NCBI GenBank assembly: GCA_021816845.1
Contig: JAKAWT010000002.1
Coordinates: 213,329-277,328, forward strand
From: a bacterium
GTDB lineage: Bacteria; Patescibacteriota; Dojkabacteria; JAKAPS01; JAJZLI01
DNA: 64,000 bases
Direction of reading: 5' to 3'
In this document: one piece after another, positions 10,177 to 19,350 of the stretch
Numbering within the stretch: the stretch's first letter is position 1
Layout: each line of letters opens with the position of its first letter
Made by a program: the position numbers and the translations under genes
Notes under the pieces: generated by a model
Told to the model about the DNA's origin: nothing
Database searches by the model: none
The model's input: only the letters and a program-made list of their open reading frames with translations

Positions 10177-11805
10177 CTATTCTGAAATTCTTATTATCTC
10201 CCCCTTTAGTTTTTTTACGAAATAACTATCATGAGATACATATAATATACCTCCGTGGAAATCTTTTAGGATATTTTCTAGTTCTTCTATAGATGGTAAA
10301 TCTAAATGATTAGTTGGCTCATCTAAAATAAGGAGATTAGGATTATTTGATAGCATTTTTATTATTTGGAATCTTGATTTTTGTCCACCAGATAAGTTTT
10401 TTACTAATAAGTCTCTATCCAATGATGGATTAAATAGATAATCATTCAAGATTTTATTAACATTAGGCATAGGTATATCACCTAACTGATATACCTCTTC
10501 AACGGCTTTCTCAAGTGTCATATTAAAATAGTAATTATCAATCTCCTGCTCATAAATACCAAGTTTTATCTTATTATCTGGTATGATTTCTCCCTCATAT
10601 ATTTTTGCCTCACAATGACTATTCTCTATAGCAGATATGATTGTTTTTATTAAAGATGTCTTTCCAGCACCATTTCTTCCCTTAAGATGGACTTTATCTC
10701 CTGGGGATAATATGAAACTAATATTACTAAATAATGGATACTTATAACCTATGGAAATTTTCTTAACTTTTAATAAAACATTACTTTGTATATCATGATC
10801 TGTAATTTTTATTGATATATTCTTATCTTTATATTTTTCATATTTATCAGCAATTTTTTTGTTTACATCTTTAATTGATTCCTCATCAATCCATATAGAT
10901 GGTTTTTCTAAATTTTTCTTTACCTTGTCATACTCTCTCCCTACCCTCTCATACATTACTCTAGTTGATGCATGTGCACCTCTTTTTTTGATACTTTCTA
11001 CCTGTTTTTTTAATCTGTCCAGTGATTTTAATGAACCTTCATAAGCCTGAATTTTAGTTACATTTGTAATACTATTTTGGCTTAGGTATGAATCATAGTT
11101 TCCAGGAAATGTAAAAGCTTTTTTATCTTTTATCTCTATTATCTTATCTACATAGTTTAAAACATCTCTATCATGAGTTATTACACATATCCCGTGAGTT
11201 GTATTTTTAAACCAAGAAATAAAATCATTCTTTCCTATATCATCCATATGATTTGTAGGTTCATCAATAAGTGCTATATCACAATCTGAATACATAATCT
11301 TTACTAATTCAACAAATCTTTTCTCTCCTCCAGATAATTTTATAAGGGGCATTAATGCTCTTGCTTTATCTATCTTGTATTTCAAAAGGGAGTTTAAAAC
11401 CTGATCCTCAATGTTATAGTATCCATACTCACTGAAAAGATTTATAGCTTTAGTATAAATATCTATCAAATCCATGTCAGATCCCATAATATCAGGGTAC
11501 TTATCTATTATATTCTTTAAGTCTATATATTCTGGTAAGCTTTGCATCACATAATCGAGGGAGGATATTGAGTCCTCAATAGAATATTCTTGTTTGGTCA
11601 ATATTATTTTTGTATCTTTCTTAATATCAATAACACCTTTATAATCCTTATCTTCTCCTGAAATAATTTTAAAAAGTGTTGTTTTCCCCGTACCATTCCT
11701 GCCAATGAAACCAACTTTTTCATTCAAATTTACAAAAAAAGACATATTTTCATATAAAACCTTATTATTAATAGATTTTTCATCAATCTTTACATTTAAA
11801 ATCAT
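10177..11805 (-). CDS. ABC-F family ATPase
   Basis: Two NBDs (GRNGTGKT, GRNGAGKT; LSGGE/LSGGQ; DEPTNH twice), no TM; probable start MILNVK at 11805. Confidence 0.9.
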   Translation of the reverse strand: MILNVKIDEKSINNKVLYENMSFFVNLNEKVGFIGRNGTGKTTLFKIISGEDKDYKGVIDIKKDTKIILTKQEYSIEDSISSLDYVMQSLPEYIDLKNIIDKYPDIMGSDMDLIDIYTKAINLFSEYGYYNIEDQVLNSLLKYKIDKARALMPLIKLSGGEKRFVELVKIMYSDCDIALIDEPTNHMDDIGKNDFISWFKNTTHGICVITHDRDVLNYVDKIIEIKDKKAFTFPGNYDSYLSQNSITNVTKIQAYEGSLKSLDRLKKQVESIKKRGAHASTRVMYERVGREYDKVKKNLEKPSIWIDEESIKDVNKKIADKYEKYKDKNISIKITDHDIQSNVLLKVKKISIGYKYPLFSNISFILSPGDKVHLKGRNGAGKTSLIKTIISAIENSHCEAKIYEGEIIPDNKIKLGIYEQEIDNYYFNMTLEKAVEEVYQLGDIPMPNVNKILNDYLFNPSLDRDLLVKNLSGGQKSRFQIIKMLSNNPNLLILDEPTNHLDLPSIEELENILKDFHGGILYVSHDSYFVKKLKGEIIRISE

Positions 11806-11831
11806 TATTTTTAGATATATAAATATTTTCA

Positions 11832-11857
11832 GGATTAGAATCCAAGGATCTTGATCC
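11832..11857. repeat. Palindrome array, 2 units, period 14 (intergenic)
   Basis: GGATTAGAATCC-aa-GGATCTTGATCC between the divergent ABC-F and dus genes. Confidence 0.8.
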
Positions 11858-11919
11858 AACCTTGTGATTTTAACATATTTATAGAAGATAATTGTATTTT
11901 AATATATAATTGTGGAATT

Positions 11920-12870
11920 ATGACAAATTTTTGGTTGAGTCTTAAAAAACCTTTTTTCGTCCTTGCTCCAATGGATGATGTAACAGATATTGTGTTTCGT
12001 GATGTTGTAGAGAAAGTATATCCTCCTGATGTTTTTTTTACTGAATTTGTATCTATAGAGGGTCTAGCTTCTAAAGGTCGAGAAAATGTTATAAGGAAGC
12101 TTAAAAGAAATATTAAAAGCAACAAACCTCTAGTTGCTCAAATATGGGGTAGAAATTTAGATGATTATATTAAAGCTACTAAAGATATTAGAAAGATGGG
12201 ATTTGATGGTATTGATATAAATATGGGATGCCCTGAACGAGGTATTGTAAGACGTGGTTATTGCGGAGGATTAATAGGACAATATTCTGAAGTTGAATCT
12301 ATCATTAAAGCAGCAAAAAAAGGTGCAGGTACTATTCCAGTTAGTGTTAAAACTAGAATAGGTATAGATCATGCTATTACCAATGATTGGTTCAGTTTTC
12401 TCCTAAAACAAGATCTTGCTGCTATAACAGTTCATGCTCGTACTGTAAAAGAGATGAGCAAGGTTGAAGCTCACTACGATGAAATTAAAAAAGTAGTGAA
12501 ACTTCGTGATGAATTATCCAAAAATACTTTGATCATTGGTAATGGGGATATTACAAGTTATAAGAAAGGTCTAGATCTAGTAAAAGAAACTGGAGTTGAT
12601 GGTGTGATGATAGGAAGAGGGATTTTTAAAGATATATTTATATTTGATCCTAAGAAGAAAGAACATACACTAAAAGAGATGATAGATATACTCACTTATC
12701 ATCTAGATAAATATGAAGATAATACAGATTATAAATCTTTTCAAATACTTAAAAAATTTTTTAAGATATATGTTAATAATTTTGATGGAGCTAATGATTT
12801 ACGTATTGAATTAATGCAAACAAATTCTGTAAGGGAAGTGAAGAATATTTTAGTAAATAGAGATTTTTAA
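11920..12870 (+). CDS. dus: tRNA-dihydrouridine synthase
   Basis: LAPMDDVTD, DINMGCP, VSVKTRIG, TVHART, GNGDI, GVMIGRG. Confidence 0.92.
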   Translation: MTNFWLSLKKPFFVLAPMDDVTDIVFRDVVEKVYPPDVFFTEFVSIEGLASKGRENVIRKLKRNIKSNKPLVAQIWGRNLDDYIKATKDIRKMGFDGIDINMGCPERGIVRRGYCGGLIGQYSEVESIIKAAKKGAGTIPVSVKTRIGIDHAITNDWFSFLLKQDLAAITVHARTVKEMSKVEAHYDEIKKVVKLRDELSKNTLIIGNGDITSYKKGLDLVKETGVDGVMIGRGIFKDIFIFDPKKKEHTLKEMIDILTYHLDKYEDNTDYKSFQILKKFFKIYVNNFDGANDLRIELMQTNSVREVKNILVNRDF

Positions 12871-13467
12871 ATGAATGATATTAAAATAACTATTAATGTT
12901 TATAATAACAGAGCCAAAGAACTTTCAGATTACTATGATACATATGATAGAAGTGGAGACATAAAAAGAGTCTTTTCATATATTAAAAAACCTAACCCTA
13001 GAGTTTTAGAGATTGGATGTGGAGGAGGTAGAGATGCAGTAGAAATATTAAAATATACAAAAGATTATATTGGAATGGATATATCATCAAATATGTTAGA
13101 TTTAGCTAAATCTAGACTACCTAATGCTGTATTTGAACTTGGAGATATAAACACTTACAATCTACCTTTAAATATAGATATTATTTATTCATCAGCATCA
13201 CTACTGCATTCCAATAAGAATGTAGTTAAAAACGTATTAAAACGTTGTCATCGTGTACTTAATATTGATGGTATTGTATATATATCTTTAAAATATGGTA
13301 CTTATAAAAAAATAATAAAGAAAGATAGGTTTGGAGAAAGACTATTTTATTTGTATACCCCAGAGGATATTAAAAAATTAGCATTGAGTATGTATCAGGC
13401 TATTTATGAAGATACACAAACCATAGAACACACAAAATGGTTCACACTCGTACTTAGAAAGGTATAA
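12871..13467 (+). CDS. Class I SAM-dependent methyltransferase
   Basis: VLEIGCGGG motif I, GMDIS, ASLLH. Confidence 0.9.
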   Translation: MNDIKITINVYNNRAKELSDYYDTYDRSGDIKRVFSYIKKPNPRVLEIGCGGGRDAVEILKYTKDYIGMDISSNMLDLAKSRLPNAVFELGDINTYNLPLNIDIIYSSASLLHSNKNVVKNVLKRCHRVLNIDGIVYISLKYGTYKKIIKKDRFGERLFYLYTPEDIKKLALSMYQAIYEDTQTIEHTKWFTLVLRKV

Positions 13468-13520
13468 AATAATATTTTAAAAATCCTTATATTTAACTTC
13501 TCTGTATGAATAAATATAAC

Positions 13521-13560
13521 AAACAACTCACATCGCTTTGAAACGAGTGAGCTGTTTATT
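13521..13560. terminator. Probable terminator hairpin between convergent genes
   Basis: AAACAACTCAC...GTGAGCTGTTT imperfect inverted repeat. Confidence 0.6.
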
Positions 13561-13572
13561 TAAAAGTACTGA

Positions 13573-14115
13573 TTACTGAGCAAAAACTGATCCGTAACCA
13601 TTTGGAGTTGCCAATGTACATAATTGGTGTCCACCTCCATTTATACTTGTAGTACAGTAATCATAACTATCATTTCCTTGATCCATAATTACCTCATAAT
13701 TACCCCAAATAGAGTAACCACCTTGTAACCAATATGGACTAGAAGATGCTGCTGAACCTACCCATATAATTTTATAATGCCATACTCCACCAGAACCATT
13801 AGGTACATTACCATTAAATTCATTGTCTACCCAGGCTCCTAAACAATAAGTAGGATTATTATATCCATTAGCATTACAATTATCCCATTGAGCATTCCAT
13901 TTCATAACAAGCTGATCATTAGGATTACCGTCACAATTTGAAGGAGCATTCATTGATGCACAAAAACTAGCATTAGTACCGTTAAAAATTCTAGCTCCAT
14001 AATTATATCCATATTGATTGAATCCCTTTGTTCCTGCTGCAAATGTGAAAACAGCTCCTAAACTCAACATTAAAGCTCCTACGGCTCCCCCTATTAAAAA
14101 TTTTTTAATATTCAT
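13573..14115 (-). CDS. Secreted Cys/Trp/Gly-rich hypothetical protein
   Basis: Signal peptide ending TFA; six Cys; strong AGGAGGTG Shine-Dalgarno upstream. Confidence 0.8.
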   Translation of the reverse strand: MNIKKFLIGGAVGALMLSLGAVFTFAAGTKGFNQYGYNYGARIFNGTNASFCASMNAPSNCDGNPNDQLVMKWNAQWDNCNANGYNNPTYCLGAWVDNEFNGNVPNGSGGVWHYKIIWVGSAASSSPYWLQGGYSIWGNYEVIMDQGNDSYDYCTTSINGGGHQLCTLATPNGYGSVFAQ

Positions 14116-14403
14116 AATTATTCACCTCCTAAATGTACACCAATATGTTATTCCTATAGGACTACAATGTCAATAATTTATATATTCCATTATTATGATA
14201 ATATATTGAATACTACATTTGTTATTAATAATCCTATTGGGTGATTAGAAGTATATGTTGGTTTAAATTTTTATACTTTTTTCACTACTATACTACATAA
14301 TACACATTTGAAACTTAGGGTATCAATTCTAATTTATATTGGGAACTAGTTTGAGCCTATATGTAGATAACTTCTGATATTTTAGACAATGTGTTGACCT
14401 TTA

Positions 14404-14961
14404 TTACATCAAATCTTCCATCCACTTATCACTAGTTATAACATTTGCTTGTCTTGGAAATATTTTATTAATAAGTACTGAGTGAACTTCTGGGTCACTA
14501 TCAAAACAAAGATCTGAAAGTATAGTGATTGTAAAATCCTTATCTGCAGCTTCTCTTGTAGTTGAGAGTACTACTCCACTTGTAGATATTCCTGAGAGTA
14601 TAATATTTTCAAAACCACCTGCTCTAAGAATCATATCTAAATCACTTCCACTGAAAGCACTAATTCTATGTTTAGTAACTAATATATCATTATCTTTAAT
14701 ATCTATTATAGGAGTAACACCAACCATTGAACTTGAAGCCCTTTCTTTCATAGCACTAAATGATTTATTAGAAGAGCTAATTTCTGGAGCTCCTTTACGG
14801 AAACTAACCACAACATAGATTACTTGGATATTATTTTTATGAGCAAAATCAACGGTAGCATTAACTTTTTTCAAAAATTCATCCTTATTATCTAGATTAT
14901 CAACTATTCCAGGTTGTATATCCATCACAAGTAATGCAGTTTTTTCCGATTTATTATTCAT
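14404..14961 (-). CDS. Isochorismatase/cysteine hydrolase family protein
   Basis: ALLVMDIQ, KHRISAFSGSDL, GISTSGVVLST. Confidence 0.9.
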   Translation of the reverse strand: MNNKSEKTALLVMDIQPGIVDNLDNKDEFLKKVNATVDFAHKNNIQVIYVVVSFRKGAPEISSSNKSFSAMKERASSSMVGVTPIIDIKDNDILVTKHRISAFSGSDLDMILRAGGFENIILSGISTSGVVLSTTREAADKDFTITILSDLCFDSDPEVHSVLINKIFPRQANVITSDKWMEDLM

Positions 14962-15239
14962 GATTTCATTATAGCATATGCTACTGATCAGGGTAAATTA
15001 TTGAATTGAAATATCATAGGTTGATTAAAATTGAACCTAATTGAAGGAAACATTCTTAATTAAAACCAATTTCTTAAATAAATAGAGAAAAATAATATTT
15101 AATAAATAAGAATATATACACTCAAAAATTAGAATCACACTACCTCATCAAATGAAATTTATCATACTAGGATGTTAATATATTATTTATTTTCCTTTTT
15201 TTTAAGAGTACAATTCAATTAAGAAATAATATTGAAATT

Positions 15240-15407
15240 ATGAGTAAAAATCTAATAAACATAATTTATATTGTTGCTATGATATCTACGATAGTTATTG
15301 TAGATATACTTTTCTTTAGGAATCAATTCTGGCCACGATTAATGTCGAATATTGGAATTATTCTTATATACACAGCTTTCTATCTAGTATTTTTTATAAA
15401 TCGCTAA
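15240..15407 (+). CDS. 55-aa two-TM membrane protein (below the ORF-track length cutoff)
   Basis: MSKNLINIIYIVAMISTIVIVDILFLRNQFWPRLMSNIGIILIYTAFYLVFFINR*. Confidence 0.6.
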   Translation: MSKNLINIIYIVAMISTIVIVDILFFRNQFWPRLMSNIGIILIYTAFYLVFFINR

Positions 15408-15479
15408 AAAGTATATAAATGCACACATCTCCATGAGTATCGTAGGCGACGTTAAAACCTTTTCATATATATTCAGATA

Positions 15480-16208
15480 CTAACGTTTTTTGAAATTATT
15501 ATAGATATAGTTTTTAATTAATTTTTCTAAATCCATTATTTCATTATTTTTTAGGCATTTTTTTAAATCATCTAAAAAATCCTTATCATATCTCTTAATA
15601 TAGTAATCATGTTGAAATTTGTGATTATATAAAAATTTGTATCTTTTATCTTCATGTGAGAAAGGAATTTCTTCTCCATATATTTTACAATACATTGGAA
15701 GAATATTCCAATATATTATACTTATATACATACCTTTATAGTTAGGATTATCTTGGTAATATTTTTTCATAAGATTCATTTTTTTATATAGATACTTATA
15801 TTCTATCTCCTTAATCTCTCTTTTTACAAAATTTTCTTGTATATGCACACTACTTTTATCTTTCAAATCTTTAATAATATTTTTATTATCTTTAACTATT
15901 TCTCCTATATAGAACATTCTTGATGTCACTTTAGTATTACAATTATAATCTTTAGCAAATCGATCCTGAACACCTTTAGTAGTAGATATAAATAAATCTA
16001 TATTCAATTTTCGATTTTTAATATGAGTAAAAAAATTATATTTGTGATTATCTGTAATAATTATAATATCTATATCTGATCCTTTCGTATTTAATCCCAA
16101 AACATAGCTACCAGTAATAATATATCCAATCAATGGAAATATTTCATACTCAGATCCATTATTATTAATAAAATTTTCAATTTTTTTATAGGGAATATTC
16201 TTTTTCAA
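15480..16208 (-). CDS. Pol-beta-like nucleotidyltransferase domain protein
   Basis: TGSYVLG...SDIDII (hGS...DhD) motif. Confidence 0.8.
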   Translation of the reverse strand: MKKNIPYKKIENFINNNGSEYEIFPLIGYIITGSYVLGLNTKGSDIDIIIITDNHKYNFFTHIKNRKLNIDLFISTTKGVQDRFAKDYNCNTKVTSRMFYIGEIVKDNKNIIKDLKDKSSVHIQENFVKREIKEIEYKYLYKKMNLMKKYYQDNPNYKGMYISIIYWNILPMYCKIYGEEIPFSHEDKRYKFLYNHKFQHDYYIKRYDKDFLDDLKKCLKNNEIMDLEKLIKNYIYNNFKKR

Positions 16209-16214
16209 TATAAA

Positions 16215-17339
16215 CTATATGTTAAAAGTATATTTATCTATTTTGGATTTATCACCTTGTGCTATTTTATAATAATTCCCATAGTGTTTATTTGAACTTA
16301 ATGTCTTTTGTAAATACTCTTTCATTTTCAAAAGATAATTATTTGCTTGTGCTTGATCTTTTGATAATTGTGCTTGAGCATTACTCAGAGTATTTTGATC
16401 TCTATTTACAGTTGCTTGATCATCTTGTACATTTAATTGATCTTGCTTTATAGTCCCTGCTTCCAATGAAGCACCAACACTATATCCTAATTCATTTATA
16501 TATGCATTATTTTGTGCCTCATCTACTTGTAGTTGATTCTGATCTGTTTGTAATTGACTTTGATCAGTACTTAACTGACTCTGATCTGAGCTAACATTAC
16601 TTCTATCATTAGGAATTGTCGTTTCTTCTATAGGGAGTGCTTGAATTAATTCATTCATTCCAAACAAGTAATATACACATTCATTTTGCAAATTATTTAT
16701 AAGAAATTTTAGATTACTATTTATATTAGGACTATAATAACTTTTAGGATAATTCCTCAGAGTATTAATATTTGTATTATCACAATTATTTTCAAAATAA
16801 TTCATAGAATTTCCTATATATGAGCTTAATTGACTATTTGTCATAGTATCACTTTTAGAAAAAATTCTACTATTGATAGTGACTATATGGCTGTCTATAG
16901 AATGTATATTTGAGAGTAGATTATCGTATTTAGACACTTTATTTTGATAACTTAAATATGGAAGTAATACAAAATACCCTAATAAAGCTAAAATCACTAA
17001 TAGAACTATTAATATAGAAATACTTTTCTTATTAATTAATCGTTTAGGATTAAACTTTTGTCTATTTGTTATTTTTGATTTTACTATATTAAAATTTCTA
17101 AGTTCTGTTGTTATATATTTTTTATATTCCTTATTATATTCAATTCTTTGAATAGGATTACTTAATACTTCGTATGCCTCATTAATATCTTTCATTTTTT
17201 CTTCAATTTTAAGATCCTCTCTTACTTTGTCTGGATGATATTTACTAATTAAATCCTTATATGATTCTTTTATTTCTTCTGATGAAGAGTTAATAGAAAC
17301 TCTTAAGATATTATAATAATCTTTAAATTTGTCATTCAT
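16215..17339 (-). CDS. J-domain membrane protein with a Gln/Asp-rich coiled coil
   Basis: DYYNIL...KYHPD...INEAYEVL; single TM; DQSQLxT heptads. Confidence 0.85.
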   Translation of the reverse strand: MNDKFKDYYNILRVSINSSSEEIKESYKDLISKYHPDKVREDLKIEEKMKDINEAYEVLSNPIQRIEYNKEYKKYITTELRNFNIVKSKITNRQKFNPKRLINKKSISILIVLLVILALLGYFVLLPYLSYQNKVSKYDNLLSNIHSIDSHIVTINSRIFSKSDTMTNSQLSSYIGNSMNYFENNCDNTNINTLRNYPKSYYSPNINSNLKFLINNLQNECVYYLFGMNELIQALPIEETTIPNDRSNVSSDQSQLSTDQSQLQTDQNQLQVDEAQNNAYINELGYSVGASLEAGTIKQDQLNVQDDQATVNRDQNTLSNAQAQLSKDQAQANNYLLKMKEYLQKTLSSNKHYGNYYKIAQGDKSKIDKYTFNI

Positions 17340-17365
17340 AACATATATAAAAATATTCCCTAGAT

Positions 17366-19177
17366 TTATTGTATAGCAGTAGGTGTAGCAACTCCTGCAA
17401 TACTACCTAAGAAATTTGCGTCTCCAAATGTATATACTCCTCCATCTGCTGTTACCATATAATAACCTAACCCATCTATTGATAATTTAAATGCAACTGG
17501 TGTTCTTACTGGTGGATTTGTTATATTAAACATTGATCCATAGAATTGAGCATCTCCAAACGTATATACCCCTCCATCTGCTGTTACCATATAATACCCA
17601 TTCCCATCATTTGTTACAGCAAATGCTACCGTAGTCTTTACTGGGGCATTTGGTATATTATATGTAGATCCATGAAATTGAGCATCTCCAAATGTATATA
17701 CTGCTCCATTCTGAGTTACTATGTAATATCCACCCCCATCTGGTGTTACTCCAAATGCCACAGGTGTTTTATCAGGTATGGCTGATTGGGGTATGTTAAA
17801 TAACGATCCATGGAATACTGCATCTCCAAATGTATATACACCCCCATCTGCAGTAAGAACATAATATCCATTACCATCTGGAGTGGCCACAATAGCCACG
17901 GGAGTCTTCACTGGAGCGTTTGGAATATTATATACTGATCCATAGAATTGAGCATTTCCAAATGTATATATTCCCCCATCTGAAGTTAGAATGTAGTACC
18001 CAGTATCAGTTGGATTTTCAGCAAATCCCACACCTTGCTTCGAAGGTACACCATTAGGAATATTACTCATATCTCCATAATTATTAGTTCCAAAATTGTA
18101 TAAATTACCGGTTAAAGATAATATTGAATAACCATCACGTAATTGAGATACATATACAGCATTAGAGTATGAATAAGATGTTCCAATTGTGTTGTTACAT
18201 TGGGCAGAATCATATGTTCCACCTCCTAATATATATGCAATATTATTATATGTAGCAACACTCTCACCTGAAATTCCAACAAATGCACAAGTAGAATTTG
18301 ATTGAGAATAATAATTCCAAGTTCCTAATGTTCCATTAGAATTTATATTAGAATAAACCATTCCAGTATTTCCTCCTATGCCATAAATATATCCATTAAT
18401 AATGAAATAATTTGATGGGTATATCCAATCTGAATAACTATTACTTGGATAAAAATGGTTTGTAGAGTTCCATACACCTAATGTACCATTACTCTGTATT
18501 TGCGAGTAATATATACTTAATTGTGAAGGGATAGTCCCTGTATAAATATAATATATATCCCCATTATATGCTAAAGACACTGCATCATAATCATCTACAG
18601 GAAGAGAAGTAGTAGAGTTCCATACACCTAATGTACCATTACTCTGTATTTGAGAATAATATACTGTATTTAGATAATTGTAATTTAAAGTTCCATTTAT
18701 TTGATTGTATCCACCAAGTTTATATATATATCCACCATAAGCCGCTATACTAGGATTATTAATATTTTGTGAAATAGATGATGTGGAATTCCAAATACTA
18801 AGTGTACCATTACTTTGTATTTGCGAGTAATATACTGTATTTCCTAATAAATATATATATCCATTAGACTCAACAGCTAAATTACTAACATTATTGGGTA
18901 TAGAAGTAGTAGAATTCCAATTTCCCAAAGTATGATTGCTTTGTATTCGGGCATAGTAAACTGAGTTTACACTATTTGGCATTCCATTTATTAATATATT
19001 CCCTCCTACTTCGTAAATATACCCATTATAAGTTATAGAAGAAGAATTACTAATTTCTTGAGGTAGAGAAGTTGTATTTTTCCAATTTAGATAATGAGCA
19101 TAGGATCCATGTGAAAAAATAAAACCATAAATTAGTAATAAAGCAAAAGAAAAAAATATATTTTTTATAAATTTCAC
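17366..19177 (-). CDS. Secreted protein: Kelch-like propeller repeats plus C-terminal DGGVYTFG repeats
   Basis: Signal peptide; VYYSQIQSNGTLGxWNSTT repeats; five GYYxxTxDGGVYTFGDAxFxGS repeats. Confidence 0.8.
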   Translation of the reverse strand: MKFIKNIFFSFALLLIYGFIFSHGSYAHYLNWKNTTSLPQEISNSSSITYNGYIYEVGGNILINGMPNSVNSVYYARIQSNHTLGNWNSTTSIPNNVSNLAVESNGYIYLLGNTVYYSQIQSNGTLSIWNSTSSISQNINNPSIAAYGGYIYKLGGYNQINGTLNYNYLNTVYYSQIQSNGTLGVWNSTTSLPVDDYDAVSLAYNGDIYYIYTGTIPSQLSIYYSQIQSNGTLGVWNSTNHFYPSNSYSDWIYPSNYFIINGYIYGIGGNTGMVYSNINSNGTLGTWNYYSQSNSTCAFVGISGESVATYNNIAYILGGGTYDSAQCNNTIGTSYSYSNAVYVSQLRDGYSILSLTGNLYNFGTNNYGDMSNIPNGVPSKQGVGFAENPTDTGYYILTSDGGIYTFGNAQFYGSVYNIPNAPVKTPVAIVATPDGNGYYVLTADGGVYTFGDAVFHGSLFNIPQSAIPDKTPVAFGVTPDGGGYYIVTQNGAVYTFGDAQFHGSTYNIPNAPVKTTVAFAVTNDGNGYYMVTADGGVYTFGDAQFYGSMFNITNPPVRTPVAFKLSIDGLGYYMVTADGGVYTFGDANFLGSIAGVATPTAIQ

Positions 19178-19350
19178 TTAATTAATTACCAAAATAATTA
19201 TCTTAGATTCTACTCCTTACTTTTAAAAAAACAATATGAGTATATAAAAGATATATTGTATATAAATAAATTAAAACGATATTTTTATACTATAAAATTC
19301 AAATTATCCTAATTGTATTTTGCTGAATTAGTCTTCCTCATATACTATAA

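Noticed and set aside
11806-11919. N-terminal extensions of ABC-F (to 11859) and Dus (from 11851)
   Set aside because: They overlap each other head-to-head and precede the family N-terminal motifs; downstream ATGs fit better, leaving the array intergenic.
14404-14961. Isochorismatase-family protein lacking the catalytic Cys as another pseudoenzyme
   Set aside because: Non-Cys members (TSGVV-type) are an ordinary part of this family.
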